Shown: positions 31,510 to 41,591, counted from the first letter of the stretch. The stretch: 64,000 nt of DNA from Candidatus Thermofontivivens primus (GCA_031458695.1 JAVKJW010000006.1:9530-73529), one strand, 5' to 3'. Made by a program: numbers and translations. Notes: generated by a model from the letters alone, not told the origin.

Positions 31510-33442
31510 CTCCTACCTTGTGGAATGGTTGATAGGGCCGACCCGTCTCCTCATGGTATTTGAATTTCGTCAGAAACTCTACCCAGTGCAGACGGGCAGG
31601 CTGGATCACATGCCCGAAGATGGTGAGGACGAAGAAGATGGTGTGGAAGACCGCTGCAATGAATACCCCAGTGATCGCCCCGAGGGCGCCTGCCCTCTGC
31701 CCAAGCTGGTTGGCCGTGTTGGCGAGTAGGGCAGCGGCGAGACCGAAGGCCAAAAGCCGGGCGTGAGAGAGGATATGGCCAAAGCTCGTGAAGCTTTCCA
31801 GGATCCACATCATGCTTCCCGCCTTTCGCGACAGGCCTGCTACCACGAGCGTCGCCAAGCCCGCGAGGAGACCCGGGCGCATCATGGAAGGCGGGAGCAT
31901 CCCCCCCATAGTCCCCAGCACCAGGAGGAGTGCCGTAACGCCTAGGATCATGGTGAGAGATTCAAAGATCCCTGTGGTATGACGGTGGCGGATGGCGAGG
32001 AACAGGTGAATGACCAGCCCGAGGTAGATCATGACGACCCCAACAAGGATGATGAGGAGGAAGTAGGTGGTCGTCTCCTCCACTCGGTTGAAGAAGGGCC
32101 GGTAGTGAAAGAGCAACTCCGGAAGGTTTCCGAAGAGCTCCCCGTAGACTGCCCCGAAGGCAATGATCCATACCGCGCAGGTCCGGACGAGGAAAGAGAT
32201 ATCCCCAACGAGCTGCGCAGGGAGGTGGAGATTGAGAAATCCAATGTCCAGGGGCACCCCGGCTCTGGCCCGGTTCCGCAACCACCACCCCAGGAGGAAG
32301 ACGAGGAGGCCGTACCCCACGTCACCGATGACGAGGCCAATGAAAACAGGGAAGGTAATGGCGAACACTGGGCTTGGATCCCAGAATCCGTAGCGGGGAG
32401 GACGGAACAACGCTAGGAGCCGCTGGAAGGGCCTGATGAAGGGAGGATTGTCCAGAAGCACGGGGACTTCCTCTGCCTCTTCCTCCCCAGCAGGTTCGTC
32501 GTAGATGACGAGGTCGGATCCAAAAGCTTTCCCCAGAGCGGCCCGAAGGCGCGGGAGGAGATGGGAAGGAGCCCAGCCGTGGATGAGGAAGGTGAACCGG
32601 GTCTGGGCGAAGTTCGGGAGGACACGGAGCTGGGCCAGGCGATCCTGGATCAGAGCACGCGCTGCGAGCAACATCCCCCGATACTCCTCAGCAAGCCGCC
32701 TGAGCCCCTCTTGAGCCTCCTGGATGACCTGCGGGAGCTCCCCCTTCCGCCTCTCCATGATCTCGATGGCCTCCTGGGCAGGCACGTTGGCGAAGCGGGC
32801 AGGGAGTCGCAACTCGCTGATCCCCATCTTCCCTAGGAGAGAACGCACCGCCTCGGCGTCGCGGCGGTGGAAGGCAACCACAACGCCCAGCTTATCCTCC
32901 TCCACGAAACGGCTCTGGACCTCCACGCGCCCTTCGGTGACCTTGACGAGCTCATTGCGCAGCGCGGTAAGCACGCCGAGATCCCGCCCCTTCAGGATGA
33001 ATCCCACGCTCTCCAAGTGACGGCTTCCAGAGAGTGTATCGAGCAAGGGGGAGAGTACGCGGACAGCACCTTCATAGGCGGCGATAAGCTCCAGTTCCTC
33101 CTCAGCTTCGAGGCGCCTCCGGGTGAAATCCCGGGCTTCCCCCTCCACCTTATCCAGAAGCTGTGAAAGGTCTTCCATCCCAAGCCCTCCGATTTCCCGC
33201 GCGGGGGCCGTGTGGCCAACTGGAGGAAGCAGGGAGAGCAACCCCTCCACTCGCGCGAGCAACCTCTCCAGGGCGGCCTGTTCTTTCCCCTCCTCTTCCC
33301 CAAGGGCCAGAGGAGTCAGGGCAACTTCCTCTGCCTCAATTCGGTCGATATGGAGGATCCCAAGGCGCTGGATCTCATCCACCACCGCGCCCAGGAGGCG
33401 CTTGGGTCCTAACACGAGGACACGGCTCATCGCCACGATCAT
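31502..33442 (-). CDS. atpI: V/A-type ATP synthase subunit I (a)
   Basis: GDVGYG, ILSHARLLAFGLA (essential Arg), RLHWVEFLTKF. Confidence 0.96.
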   Translation of the reverse strand: MIVAMSRVLVLGPKRLLGAVVDEIQRLGILHIDRIEAEEVALTPLALGEEEGKEQAALERLLARVEGLLSLLPPVGHTAPAREIGGLGMEDLSQLLDKVEGEARDFTRRRLEAEEELELIAAYEGAVRVLSPLLDTLSGSRHLESVGFILKGRDLGVLTALRNELVKVTEGRVEVQSRFVEEDKLGVVVAFHRRDAEAVRSLLGKMGISELRLPARFANVPAQEAIEIMERRKGELPQVIQEAQEGLRRLAEEYRGMLLAARALIQDRLAQLRVLPNFAQTRFTFLIHGWAPSHLLPRLRAALGKAFGSDLVIYDEPAGEEEAEEVPVLLDNPPFIRPFQRLLALFRPPRYGFWDPSPVFAITFPVFIGLVIGDVGYGLLVFLLGWWLRNRARAGVPLDIGFLNLHLPAQLVGDISFLVRTCAVWIIAFGAVYGELFGNLPELLFHYRPFFNRVEETTTYFLLIILVGVVMIYLGLVIHLFLAIRHRHTTGIFESLTMILGVTALLLVLGTMGGMLPPSMMRPGLLAGLATLVVAGLSRKAGSMMWILESFTSFGHILSHARLLAFGLAAALLANTANQLGQRAGALGAITGVFIAAVFHTIFFVLTIFGHVIQPARLHWVEFLTKFKYHEETGRPYQPFHKVGGE

Positions 33443-33843
33443 CGCCTGAGCCCTCCCAAAATTCGCTCCACCACCATAGCGACCGCTTCGGCGAACCGCT
33501 CCTTCGCTCGCGCCTCAATCGCCTCGGCTTCTGCTCTAGCTTTGCTGAGGATCTCCTCTGTAATCGCCTGGCTCTCTCGCTGCGCCCTCTCTGCATACTC
33601 CCGTTCCAGACGCTGAAGCTCCTCACGCGTTTGGGCGAGGAGCGACTCCGCCTGTCGCCTAGCTTCCTCTACGATGCGCTGCGCCTCCTCCCGCGTCTGG
33701 GCGAGGAGCTGCTCAAGCTCTTGCTCCTTCTCCCGAAGGAGCTTGAAGACATCGACATGTTCTCGTCTTTCCCGGTGCTCTGCCATGGCCCGTTCCAGCG
33801 GAACCCCGGCAAACGTCCACGCGCTCCTGCCGGGATGTCCCAT
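33439..33843 (-). CDS. V/A-type ATP synthase peripheral stalk subunit G/H (alternative start 33786)
   Basis: Highly helical E/R/A-rich protein, first gene of the operon, ATGA overlap with atpI. ATG 33843 has RBS AAGAGGAG. Confidence 0.85.
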   Translation of the reverse strand: MGHPGRSAWTFAGVPLERAMAEHRERREHVDVFKLLREKEQELEQLLAQTREEAQRIVEEARRQAESLLAQTREELQRLEREYAERAQRESQAITEEILSKARAEAEAIEARAKERFAEAVAMVVERILGGLRR

Positions 33844-33847
33844 ATCT

Positions 33848-33947
33848 CCTCTTGAGTTTCAGGGGTCTCCAACAAAATCTTGCCAACGATCTTGCTGGGG
33901 GATACTTCCCCAGGTCCCAGCAAAATTTTCCAGAAGATTTGTTGAAG
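33848..33947. repeat. Linker plus two copies of the palindromic repeat in the V-ATPase 5' leader
   Basis: CCTCTTGAGTTTCAGGGG, then CCAACAAAATCTTGCCAACGATCTTGCTGGGG, then CCCAGCAAAATTTTCCAGAAGATTTGTTG. The reverse complement aligns over about 55 bp with 41144-41199. Confidence 0.75.
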
Positions 33948-33971
33948 TTCCTTACCTACGCAACAGCCTAC

Positions 33972-34000
33972 ATCATAGCAAAGCCCTGCACAACCGTCAA
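33972..34000 (-). promoter_or_regulatory. Sigma70-type promoter of the V/A-ATPase operon
   Basis: TTGACG-17 bp-TATGAT with a TG extension. Confidence 0.8.
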
Positions 34001-34030
34001 TTTTCCATCCCCCGGTTTTCCATCCCCCGG
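34001..34030. repeat. Perfect 15-bp tandem direct repeat abutting the -35 box
   Basis: TTTTCCATCCCCCGG twice. Confidence 0.9.
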
Positions 34031-34113
34031 CTCGTCCGGTCCCAACTCCCCACGGCATGCTTCCGCAGGTACGAAATTCAGGGGTGCGGAACCTGGATAT
34101 CCTCTAGGAAGCT

Positions 34114-35565
34114 CTACAGGCGCGCTGTGTACATTACGGCTAGATGCGCGAGCTTCACGAAAGGCTCGGGGTAAACTCCGATGATCAGCGTACCTACCAT
34201 GGTCACGGCCAAGGCTGTTCGGAGGATCCGTGGTTCGCGGATCGCTGTCTCCTCTGGAGGCGGCAGGAGGTACATCGCCCGGATCACTCCGACGTAGTAA
34301 TACAGGGAGATCACGCTGTTGGCAATAGCCACCGCTGCAAGCCACAGAAGGCCTCGTTCGATGGCGCTCGCCAGGAGATAAAACTTCCCTAAGAAGACAG
34401 CTGTTGGTGGGATCCCCGTCAGAGAGAGCATGAACAGCGCCATGGCGAAGGCGCTCACAGGAGCTCGCCGGGCCAGACCAGCAAAGTCCGGGATCTCCTC
34501 GGAGCCAATGGTTGTGGAGATCACCATTGCCACAAAGAACGCGCCCAAGTTGGTGAACATATAGGCGAGAAGGTAGATGAGCACAGCAGGATTGCTGAAC
34601 GTCGCTCCGAATGCAGCAACCCCAATGAGGATGAACCCGGCGTGGGAGATACTGGAGTAGGCAAGCATGCGCTTGATGTTCCGCTGGGGAAGGGCCAGGA
34701 GGTTCCCGACCGTCATCGTAATGGCAGAGAGGACGGCGATGAGAATCGCCCAGTCGATCCCAGAAGGGTGGATGCTCACAAACAAGGTACGCAGGAAGGC
34801 AGCGAACCCAGCGGCTTTGGAGCCCACGGAGAGATACGCCGCTACAGGAGTGGGCGCGCCCTGGTAGATGTCCGGGGTCCATTGGTGGAAGGGGACCATG
34901 GAGATTTTGAACCCGAACCCTGCCAGGGACATGGCCAGGGCGACAAAAACCACCAGGGGATCGGCCTGCCGGATCCTCTCGGCGATGACGTAGAGGTTCG
35001 TGGATCCGGTGAGCCCGTAGAGCAGGGAGAAGCCATAGAGCATTACAGCAGAGGCAGCGGCTCCGAAGAGGAAGTACTTGATCCCTGCCTCGTTACTCTT
35101 CGGATCCGCCTTGAGGAACCCCGCCATGACGTAGGAGGTAAGGCTGACGAACTCGATGCTCAAGACGAGGAGGATGAGGTCGGCGCTACCAGCCATCAGC
35201 ACCATCCCTAGGGCCATAAAGACATAAAGGGCAACCATCTCCCCGAGAAAAGGAGTGATGAACGGGGTCCCGGGACGGAAGTAATCCAGCGAGGTGAGAA
35301 TCACCAGGATCGTTGCCCCAATCACGAGGAGCTTGAAGAATGTGGCGAACCCGTCCACCACATAGGAGTCGTAGACGACGGTACGGGGAGTCCACGAGAG
35401 CATCGCGACGGTAGGAATGAGGGTTAGTAAGAGCCCGGCGATGGCGATCCACCCTGTCACCGATTTCCTCTCTTGAGGGAGGAACAGGTCAACCAGCAAG
35501 ATCAGGAGCCCGAGTCCTGTCAGGTAAAGTTCCGGGATGAGCGACCAAAGGTCCGTCACATTCAT
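34114..35565 (-). CDS. nuoN: NADH-quinone oxidoreductase subunit N
   Basis: SNEAGIKYF, FKISMVPFHQWTPDIYQGAP, KRMLAYSSISHAG. Confidence 0.96.
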   Translation of the reverse strand: MNVTDLWSLIPELYLTGLGLLILLVDLFLPQERKSVTGWIAIAGLLLTLIPTVAMLSWTPRTVVYDSYVVDGFATFFKLLVIGATILVILTSLDYFRPGTPFITPFLGEMVALYVFMALGMVLMAGSADLILLVLSIEFVSLTSYVMAGFLKADPKSNEAGIKYFLFGAAASAVMLYGFSLLYGLTGSTNLYVIAERIRQADPLVVFVALAMSLAGFGFKISMVPFHQWTPDIYQGAPTPVAAYLSVGSKAAGFAAFLRTLFVSIHPSGIDWAILIAVLSAITMTVGNLLALPQRNIKRMLAYSSISHAGFILIGVAAFGATFSNPAVLIYLLAYMFTNLGAFFVAMVISTTIGSEEIPDFAGLARRAPVSAFAMALFMLSLTGIPPTAVFLGKFYLLASAIERGLLWLAAVAIANSVISLYYYVGVIRAMYLLPPPEETAIREPRILRTALAVTMVGTLIIGVYPEPFVKLAHLAVMYTARL

Positions 35566-35647
35566 GGCAATCCCCGCCTATTCTGGACAGCTCGACGCAA
35601 GGTTCTCTTCCCTGCCAACTTGCTCACGTTCACACGTTTCCGCCAGG

Positions 35648-37144
35648 TCATCGCAGTGCCGTCAAGATCCCCACCATGGCCACGTTGATCACGTCCAGGA
35701 TCGGCTTCGGATAGATGCCGAAGAGGACCATGAGGAAAGCCAGCGGCCCAAGGGCGATCAACTCTCTTGGTTCCATGTCCGTGAGGTCGGCCCACCTAGG
35801 GTTCAGCGGCCCCAAGAAGATGCGCTGGATCGTCCACAAGAAGAAAGCCGCAGTGATCACCACTCCTGTTAAACCAATAGCCGTGAGGACAGGGAGGATG
35901 GCGAAGGATCCCAGGAAGATAAGGAACTCCGCGACAAATCCCATGAGCCCGGGGAGACCCAAGGAGGCGAGCATGGCGAGGGTGGTGATACCTGTGTAGA
36001 CAGGTAGTTTCGCTCCTAAGCCTCCAAAGTCGTCCACCCCGCGCGTATGCGCCCTGTAATCGTAGATCACCCCGACGATCATGAACAAGGCTCCTGTGAT
36101 GATCCCATGGGCGATCATCTCCATGACCGCGCCGTTCAAGGCGGTGGCCGCTGCCTGCTTCAGGGCAGGGTTCCCGAGGGAAGCAGCAGCAGCCGCCGTT
36201 GCCAACATCACATATCCCATGTGGGTCACGCTGCTGTACGCGACGAGTTTCTTGAGGTCCGTCTGCGCCATCGCCACGAGGGCGCCATAGACGATCCCCA
36301 GCAAGGCCAGGATGGCTACGAGGTAGGCAACCTCCTTGAATACCTCTGGAAAGAGGGGAAGGCTGAACCGCACGAACCCGTAGGTCCCCATCTTCAGGAG
36401 GATACCAGCCAGGATGACGCTGCCCGCCGTGGGGGCCTCCACGTGCGCATCAGGGAGCCATGTATGGAACGGCCACATGGGCACCTTGATGGCGAAACTG
36501 AGGAAGAACCCCCAGAAAGCCAGGGTGGCAAGGAGAGGCTTCCCGGTAAGGGGTTGCTGGCGGATCAGCTCAAGGACGTTGAAGGTCCGCGGCTCGGCGT
36601 TGAAGTAAAGGATCAGGATTCCAAGAAGCATCGCCAAGCTGCCAACCAAGGTGTATAGAAAGAACTTAATGGCAGCGTACTCCTTGCGTGGCCCACCCCA
36701 AATCCCAATGAGGAAGTACATGGGCACCAGCGTGATTTCCCAGAAGACGTAGAAGAGGAAGAAGTCCAGGGAAACGAACACACCGAGCATTCCCGTCTCG
36801 AGCAGAAGGAAAAGGAAGAAGTACTCCTTGGGGCGGAGGTCGATACGCCAGGAGTAGACGATGGAGAGAAGACTAAGGAGTGCAGTGAGGACGACGAGGG
36901 GGAGGCTTAGCCCGTCAATCCCCATGTGGTACTCAATCCCGAGACTGGGAATCCAGGTGACCCTTTCCACGAACTGCATCCCTGCAGCCTCCCGGTCATA
37001 CTGAACCCAGACAGCGATGGAGAGGAGAAACGTGACCAGGGAAGCCGCAAGGGAGATCTGCTTCATCAGCCGATCGTTCCTACCCGGAACCAGGAGGACG
37101 AGGATCGCACCAATCAATGGGATGAATACAATGGCACTGAGCAC
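35648..37144 (-). CDS. nuoM: NADH-quinone oxidoreductase subunit M
   Basis: FYVFWEITLVPMY, AIKVPMWPFHTWLPDAHVEAP, LLKMGTYG, LGLPGLMGFVAE. Confidence 0.96.
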   Translation of the reverse strand: MLSAIVFIPLIGAILVLLVPGRNDRLMKQISLAASLVTFLLSIAVWVQYDREAAGMQFVERVTWIPSLGIEYHMGIDGLSLPLVVLTALLSLLSIVYSWRIDLRPKEYFFLFLLLETGMLGVFVSLDFFLFYVFWEITLVPMYFLIGIWGGPRKEYAAIKFFLYTLVGSLAMLLGILILYFNAEPRTFNVLELIRQQPLTGKPLLATLAFWGFFLSFAIKVPMWPFHTWLPDAHVEAPTAGSVILAGILLKMGTYGFVRFSLPLFPEVFKEVAYLVAILALLGIVYGALVAMAQTDLKKLVAYSSVTHMGYVMLATAAAAASLGNPALKQAAATALNGAVMEMIAHGIITGALFMIVGVIYDYRAHTRGVDDFGGLGAKLPVYTGITTLAMLASLGLPGLMGFVAEFLIFLGSFAILPVLTAIGLTGVVITAAFFLWTIQRIFLGPLNPRWADLTDMEPRELIALGPLAFLMVLFGIYPKPILDVINVAMVGILTALR

Positions 37145-37274
37145 GGTTCTTCCTCCCTCTTCATTTCAGAACCTTGGTTTTTGCACCCGATTTTTAATCG
37201 AAGACCCGGCGTGATGAACGCCGCCCACACCCCATTTCACTGACCACATTTCGCCAATACTGGGTTGGGCTCCA

Positions 37275-39191
37275 TTAGCGGAACACGCCGACCATCACCA
37301 GTACCAACACTCCGAGAGCGATGGCCAACAAGTAGTTCTCCGCCCTGCCTGTCTGGATGTACCGGAGGGCGCTACCCACCGTTTTGGTCACCCAGCCCAC
37401 GAGATTCACAATCCCGTCTACTACGTAGAGGTCGAAAATTCGGTAGAGACGGCTCAGGATCACGAAGAGATATCCCACCGCGTTGACGATCCCGTCGATG
37501 ACCCCCAGGTCGAACCGGAAGAGCAACTTCGCCAGGGCAAGACCGGGTTTGACGATCACAGCCAGGTAGAACTCATCCCAGTAATACTTGTTCTTGACCA
37601 AGAGGTAAAGTGGGCGCAATCTCTGCTTGAGTGTCTCTGAGGAAAGGACCCGCCAGTAGTATAGGAGGGCTGCCGCAAGGACCCCCAGGAGCCCTACTCC
37701 CACGGAGACAGCCATGAGGAGCACGTCTACAGCCGGCTCACCCGCCCCTTCAAAGTGGATGAAGTGCTGGAAAGGACTACCCAGGAAGGGCGCTCCGACG
37801 AATCCTATAAAGGTCGCCCCCGTGGCCAGGATGACGAGTGGAATGGTCATCACGGGGGGACTCTCATGCGGGTGGGCCGTGTGCGTTCGCTGCTGGCCGA
37901 AGAATGTGTAGAAGATCACACGGAAGATGTAAAACGAGGTGAAGAACGCCGCAACTAGCCCAAGAGCAAACAGGACCTTATCGCGGTGGAATGCCTCGAG
38001 CAGGATCTCATCTTTGCTCCAGAACCCCGCGAAGGGCGGGATCCCTGCGAGGGCCAAGCCACCAATCAGGAAGGTCCAGTAGGTGATGGGCATGGTCTCG
38101 CGCAACCCACCCATCTCCTTGATGTCGTTGGTGTGCATGGCATGGATCACGCTGCCCGCAGCGAGGAAGAGGAGAGATTTGAACACCGCCTGGGTCATCA
38201 TGTGGAAGACTCCAGCGCTGTAGCCTAGGACCCCAAGCCCGAGCATCATGTAGCCGAGCTGGCTGATGGTGGAGTAAGCCAACACGCGCTTGATATCGTC
38301 CTGGGCGATCCCAATGGTCGCCGCCATAAGCGCTGTGAGGGCCCCAATGAGCGCAACGGTCCTGAGGGCATCCGGAGCATGGAAGAAGATGGGGTAGGTC
38401 CTGGCTACGAGGTAGACCCCGGCGGCCACCATGGTCGCGGAGTGGATCAGGGCGCTGACGGGAGTAGGACCCTCCATCGCATCAGGGAGCCACACGTGCA
38501 GGGGGATCTGGGCGGATTTCCCAACTGCACCGCCGTAGACCAGGATGGCCGCGAGGGTCAGGAGGGGGCCGGCGAGCTCTCCTGCTTCTACTTTCTCGAA
38601 GATCGTCCCGAAATGCAACGTCCCCAGGGTGAAGAATAGGAGCAGGATCCCTAGGAACATGAAGAAGTCCCCGACGCGCGTCACAAGGAAAGCTTTTAAC
38701 GAAGCCCTCGCCGCGGCCGGCCGTTCAAACCAGAATCCGATGAGCAGGTAGGAACAAAGGCCTACGAGTTCCCAGGCGACATAGATCACTAAGAAATTGT
38801 TGGCGATGGTGAGGAGGAGCATCGAGCCAGAAAAGAGGGAGAGGTAGGCAAAGAACCTGGGGTACCTTGGATCGCCGTGCATGTATCCGATGGAGTAGAT
38901 CTGAATCAAGGTAGCAATGACTCCCACAAGGACCAGCATCATGCTGGCTAGAGGATCGATGAGGAACCCAACCTCGATGGACCTCTCCCCGATGGGGGCC
39001 CAGCTCAGCAAGGTCTCGTACCGCGCTCCGCCCAGGACCTGGACGAACACCCCCAACGCAAGAAGTGCAGAGAGGGCGATGGCTCCAATCGCCACATAGG
39101 CTCCCTCCCCGGGCAACCGTCGACCCAGGAAGATGATGAGCACGAAAGCGACGGCGGGGAGTAAAGGTATGAGCCAAGCGTATTGGACCAT
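37275..39191 (-). CDS. nuoL: NADH-quinone oxidoreductase subunit L
   Basis: WELVGLCSYLLIGFW, GKSAQIPLHVWLPDAMEGPTPVSALIH, GFWSKDEI, and a C-terminal lateral helix (IDGIVN...QTG). Confidence 0.97.
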   Translation of the reverse strand: MVQYAWLIPLLPAVAFVLIIFLGRRLPGEGAYVAIGAIALSALLALGVFVQVLGGARYETLLSWAPIGERSIEVGFLIDPLASMMLVLVGVIATLIQIYSIGYMHGDPRYPRFFAYLSLFSGSMLLLTIANNFLVIYVAWELVGLCSYLLIGFWFERPAAARASLKAFLVTRVGDFFMFLGILLLFFTLGTLHFGTIFEKVEAGELAGPLLTLAAILVYGGAVGKSAQIPLHVWLPDAMEGPTPVSALIHSATMVAAGVYLVARTYPIFFHAPDALRTVALIGALTALMAATIGIAQDDIKRVLAYSTISQLGYMMLGLGVLGYSAGVFHMMTQAVFKSLLFLAAGSVIHAMHTNDIKEMGGLRETMPITYWTFLIGGLALAGIPPFAGFWSKDEILLEAFHRDKVLFALGLVAAFFTSFYIFRVIFYTFFGQQRTHTAHPHESPPVMTIPLVILATGATFIGFVGAPFLGSPFQHFIHFEGAGEPAVDVLLMAVSVGVGLLGVLAAALLYYWRVLSSETLKQRLRPLYLLVKNKYYWDEFYLAVIVKPGLALAKLLFRFDLGVIDGIVNAVGYLFVILSRLYRIFDLYVVDGIVNLVGWVTKTVGSALRYIQTGRAENYLLAIALGVLVLVMVGVFR

Positions 39192-39226
39192 CTGCGAACC
39201 TCCGTTACCTCATCCTGGGAGGATCA

Positions 39227-39538
39227 TCACCACTTCAATAGGTTGATCTCATCCACGTGAACGGTCTCCAGGCTCCGATAGGCAGCCATCACGAGGGCGA
39301 GCCCCACTGCAGCCTCGCATGCCGCCAAGGTAATGACCACCAGAGCGAAGACCTGTCCAGGCATCACACCTGGGGAGACATACCGGTTGAACGCCACCAA
39401 GTTCACGTTGGCGGCATTGAGCATCAGCTCGATCCCCATCAAGATGGCCACGGCGTTCCTCCGGGTGAGAACCCCGTAGAGCCCGATGGAGAAGAGGAGC
39501 GCGCTGAGCGCAAGGAAGTGCGATAACCCGAGCTGCAC
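39227..39538 (-). CDS. nuoK: NADH-quinone oxidoreductase subunit K
   Basis: [33 protein letters not shown] start just after the nuoJ stop. Confidence 0.95.
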   Translation of the reverse strand: MQLGLSHFLALSALLFSIGLYGVLTRRNAVAILMGIELMLNAANVNLVAFNRYVSPGVMPGQVFALVVITLAACEAAVGLALVMAAYRSLETVHVDEINLLKW

Positions 39539-39539
39539 C

Positions 39540-40037
39540 CTAGGATCCCTCCCTCCGGGCGATGATAATGGCCCCAATGAGGGAGACCAGCAGGACCAAG
39601 CTGGTCACCTCGAAGACCAAGGCGTAGTTGGTGAGGAGCGCCGTGCCGATGGCCCTGGCATTGTACCTGGGCATCTCCCCGGAAACCATGGGCCAGGGTG
39701 CGCGGAGGAGGACGAATAGAAGACCCCCGGCCAGCGCTCCTGCAACAAGGATCCCAAGAGGTACCTGCTCGTTCACCTGGCGCACGGGCAATCCCGTCCC
39801 ACCGGCGGTGAGCATGATCACGAACAAGATCAGGACGGTGATCGCGCCAGCATAAATGAGAACCTGAATCGCCGTCACGAATTCAGCCTGCAGCAGAACA
39901 TAGAGCCCGCTTACGCCAAGAAACGTTGGCACGAGGGAGAGCGCCGCTCGCACAATGTTGCGCGAGGTCACCACCACGATGGCCGGGATCACCGTCACCG
40001 CCGCCAGGAGAATGAATGCAGCCATCTCACCACGCAT
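39540..40037 (-). CDS. nuoJ: NADH-quinone oxidoreductase subunit J
   Basis: [44 protein letters not shown]. Confidence 0.95.
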   Translation of the reverse strand: MRGEMAAFILLAAVTVIPAIVVVTSRNIVRAALSLVPTFLGVSGLYVLLQAEFVTAIQVLIYAGAITVLILFVIMLTAGGTGLPVRQVNEQVPLGILVAGALAGGLLFVLLRAPWPMVSGEMPRYNARAIGTALLTNYALVFEVTSLVLLVSLIGAIIIARREGS

Positions 40038-40069
40038 ACGCCATCCTGAATGTATCTTTCACTCATTAC

Positions 40070-41047
40070 CTACCGCGCCAGCGTGACGACAAGCCCGGTA
40101 CCCAGGATGTTCAGGAGCCCGAGAGGAAGAAGCACCTTCCAGCTCAAGTTGAGGAGCTGGTCGATACGCAAGCGCGGGTACGTCCAGCGAACCCACATGA
40201 AGAAGAAAACAACCGCATACGTCTTGATGAAGAACCAAAGGATGGGTGGCAGCCAAGGGCCCCGCCATCCTCCCAGGAAGAGGACCGTAGTCATCGCCGC
40301 CATCGCGAGCATCTCCGCGTATTCGCCTAGCTGGAAGAGGGCGAAGCGCATCCCTGTATACTCTGCAAAGTATCCAGCCACAAGCTCCGACTCCGCCTCG
40401 GGGAGGTCGAAGGGGATCCGGTTGGTCTCCGCAGCTGCAGCGATCAGGAAGATCAGGAAAGCCAAGGGCTGCTTGAACACAAACCACACATCGCGCTGGG
40501 CGTTCACGATATCCACGGTGGAAAGCGACCCGGCCATCATGGCAACGGAGATGATCGCGAACCCGAGGGGGAGCTCATAGCTGATGAGCTGGGAGGCAGA
40601 ACGGAGGCCTCCAAGAAGGGCGTACTTGTTGTTCGAACTCCACCCTCCTGTGAGGATGCCAATGACAATCAGGGAGGAAACAGCGGCGAAGTACAAAACG
40701 CCGATATTCAAGTCGCGCACAATGAGAATCCAGTCTCCCAGCTTCCCCCAGGGAATGACGACATACCCGAGGAGGGCTGCAACGGTGACGATGAGAGGGG
40801 CAGTGGAGAAAACGAGGAAGTCAGCGTTGCGGGGGACAATGTTCTCCTTCTGAAGAAGCTTGATCGTGTCCGCTACGGTCTGGAGGATACCCTGGGGGCC
40901 AACGTGCTTGGGACCGACACGAGCCTGGATCCAGCCACTGATTTTCCGCTCCAGGTAGACACCCAGCATTGCCGCGAACACTGCCGCGAAGGTAAACACG
41001 ATGACCGCGTACAGGCTCGCTTTCAGAATCTCCAGGGCCCAGGACAC
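40070..41047 (-). CDS. nuoH: NADH-quinone oxidoreductase subunit H
   Basis: ERKISGWIQARVGP, ADTIKLLQKE, SNNKYALLGGLR, ETNRIPFDLPEAESELV, YPRLRIDQL. Confidence 0.97.
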   Translation of the reverse strand: MSWALEILKASLYAVIVFTFAAVFAAMLGVYLERKISGWIQARVGPKHVGPQGILQTVADTIKLLQKENIVPRNADFLVFSTAPLIVTVAALLGYVVIPWGKLGDWILIVRDLNIGVLYFAAVSSLIVIGILTGGWSSNNKYALLGGLRSASQLISYELPLGFAIISVAMMAGSLSTVDIVNAQRDVWFVFKQPLAFLIFLIAAAAETNRIPFDLPEAESELVAGYFAEYTGMRFALFQLGEYAEMLAMAAMTTVLFLGGWRGPWLPPILWFFIKTYAVVFFFMWVRWTYPRLRIDQLLNLSWKVLLPLGLLNILGTGLVVTLAR

Positions 41048-41143
41048 CTGGCCGATCGCCTCCCTCCCAGTGCGTCTACAAGCTCGTTGGGTTCATCAAA
41101 CCTCACAGGATCGGACCTTCATCCAAGTAAAGTTCCTGTATAA

Positions 41144-41235
41144 CCCCAGCAAATCTCTTGTCGAATTTTGCTGGGAACCCCTCTGAATTTCAAGAGGGGC
41201 CTCGGCAAAAGTCAAAAGACTTTTGCCGAGGTACT
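41144..41235. repeat. Composite palindromic repeat cluster (arm-linker-arm) between nuoA and nuoH
   Basis: CCCCAGCAAATCTCTTGTCGAATTTTGCTGGG + CCCCTCTGAATTTCAAGAGGGG + perfect 14-bp stem CCTCGGCAAAAGTC-AAAA-GACTTTTGCCGAGG followed by TAC. Confidence 0.8.
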
Positions 41236-41591
41236 TAGACCCACTCCAGGGCGCCCTTCCGCCATGCATAGATGAACGCGAGGAACAGGATCGCGAGAAA
41301 AACGAACATCTCCATGAACGCAACCGCTCCAAGCTCCTTGAACACAATCGCCCAGGGGTAAAGGTAGATGACCTCGACGTCGAAGAGCACGAAGGCAAGG
41401 GAAAACAGGTAGTACCGCACGTTGAACTGAGACCAGGCCTGTCCAAAGGGAACGACACCGGATTCGTAGGTAAGCAGCTTCTGGGGGTATTCCCCCCGTG
41501 GGCTGATGAGCCAAACAATCGCAAGCGGCAGGACGGCCAGGAGAACCCCAACCACCCCAAAAACGGCCACGTACAACCAGTCAACCAGCAT
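41235..41591 (-). CDS. nuoA: NADH-quinone oxidoreductase subunit A
   Basis: KLLTYESG, FNVRYYLFSLAFVLFDVEVIYLYPWA, YAWRKGALEW. Start ATG 41591. Confidence 0.96.
   Translation of the reverse strand: MLVDWLYVAVFGVVGVLLAVLPLAIVWLISPRGEYPQKLLTYESGVVPFGQAWSQFNVRYYLFSLAFVLFDVEVIYLYPWAIVFKELGAVAFMEMFVFLAILFLAFIYAWRKGALEWV

Noticed and set aside
33923..33940. CodY-box-like AATTTTCCAGAAGATT
   Set aside because: About three mismatches to AATTTTCWGAAAATT and embedded in a palindromic repeat copy. No evidence for CodY in the window.
33848..41235. Palindromic repeats as a CRISPR array
   Set aside because: The copies are dispersed and degenerate, not regularly spaced by unique spacers, and no cas genes are present.
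41047..41235. nuoB/C/D remnant between nuoA and nuoH
   Set aside because: No residual similarity is visible; about half of the spacer is explained by palindromic repeats.
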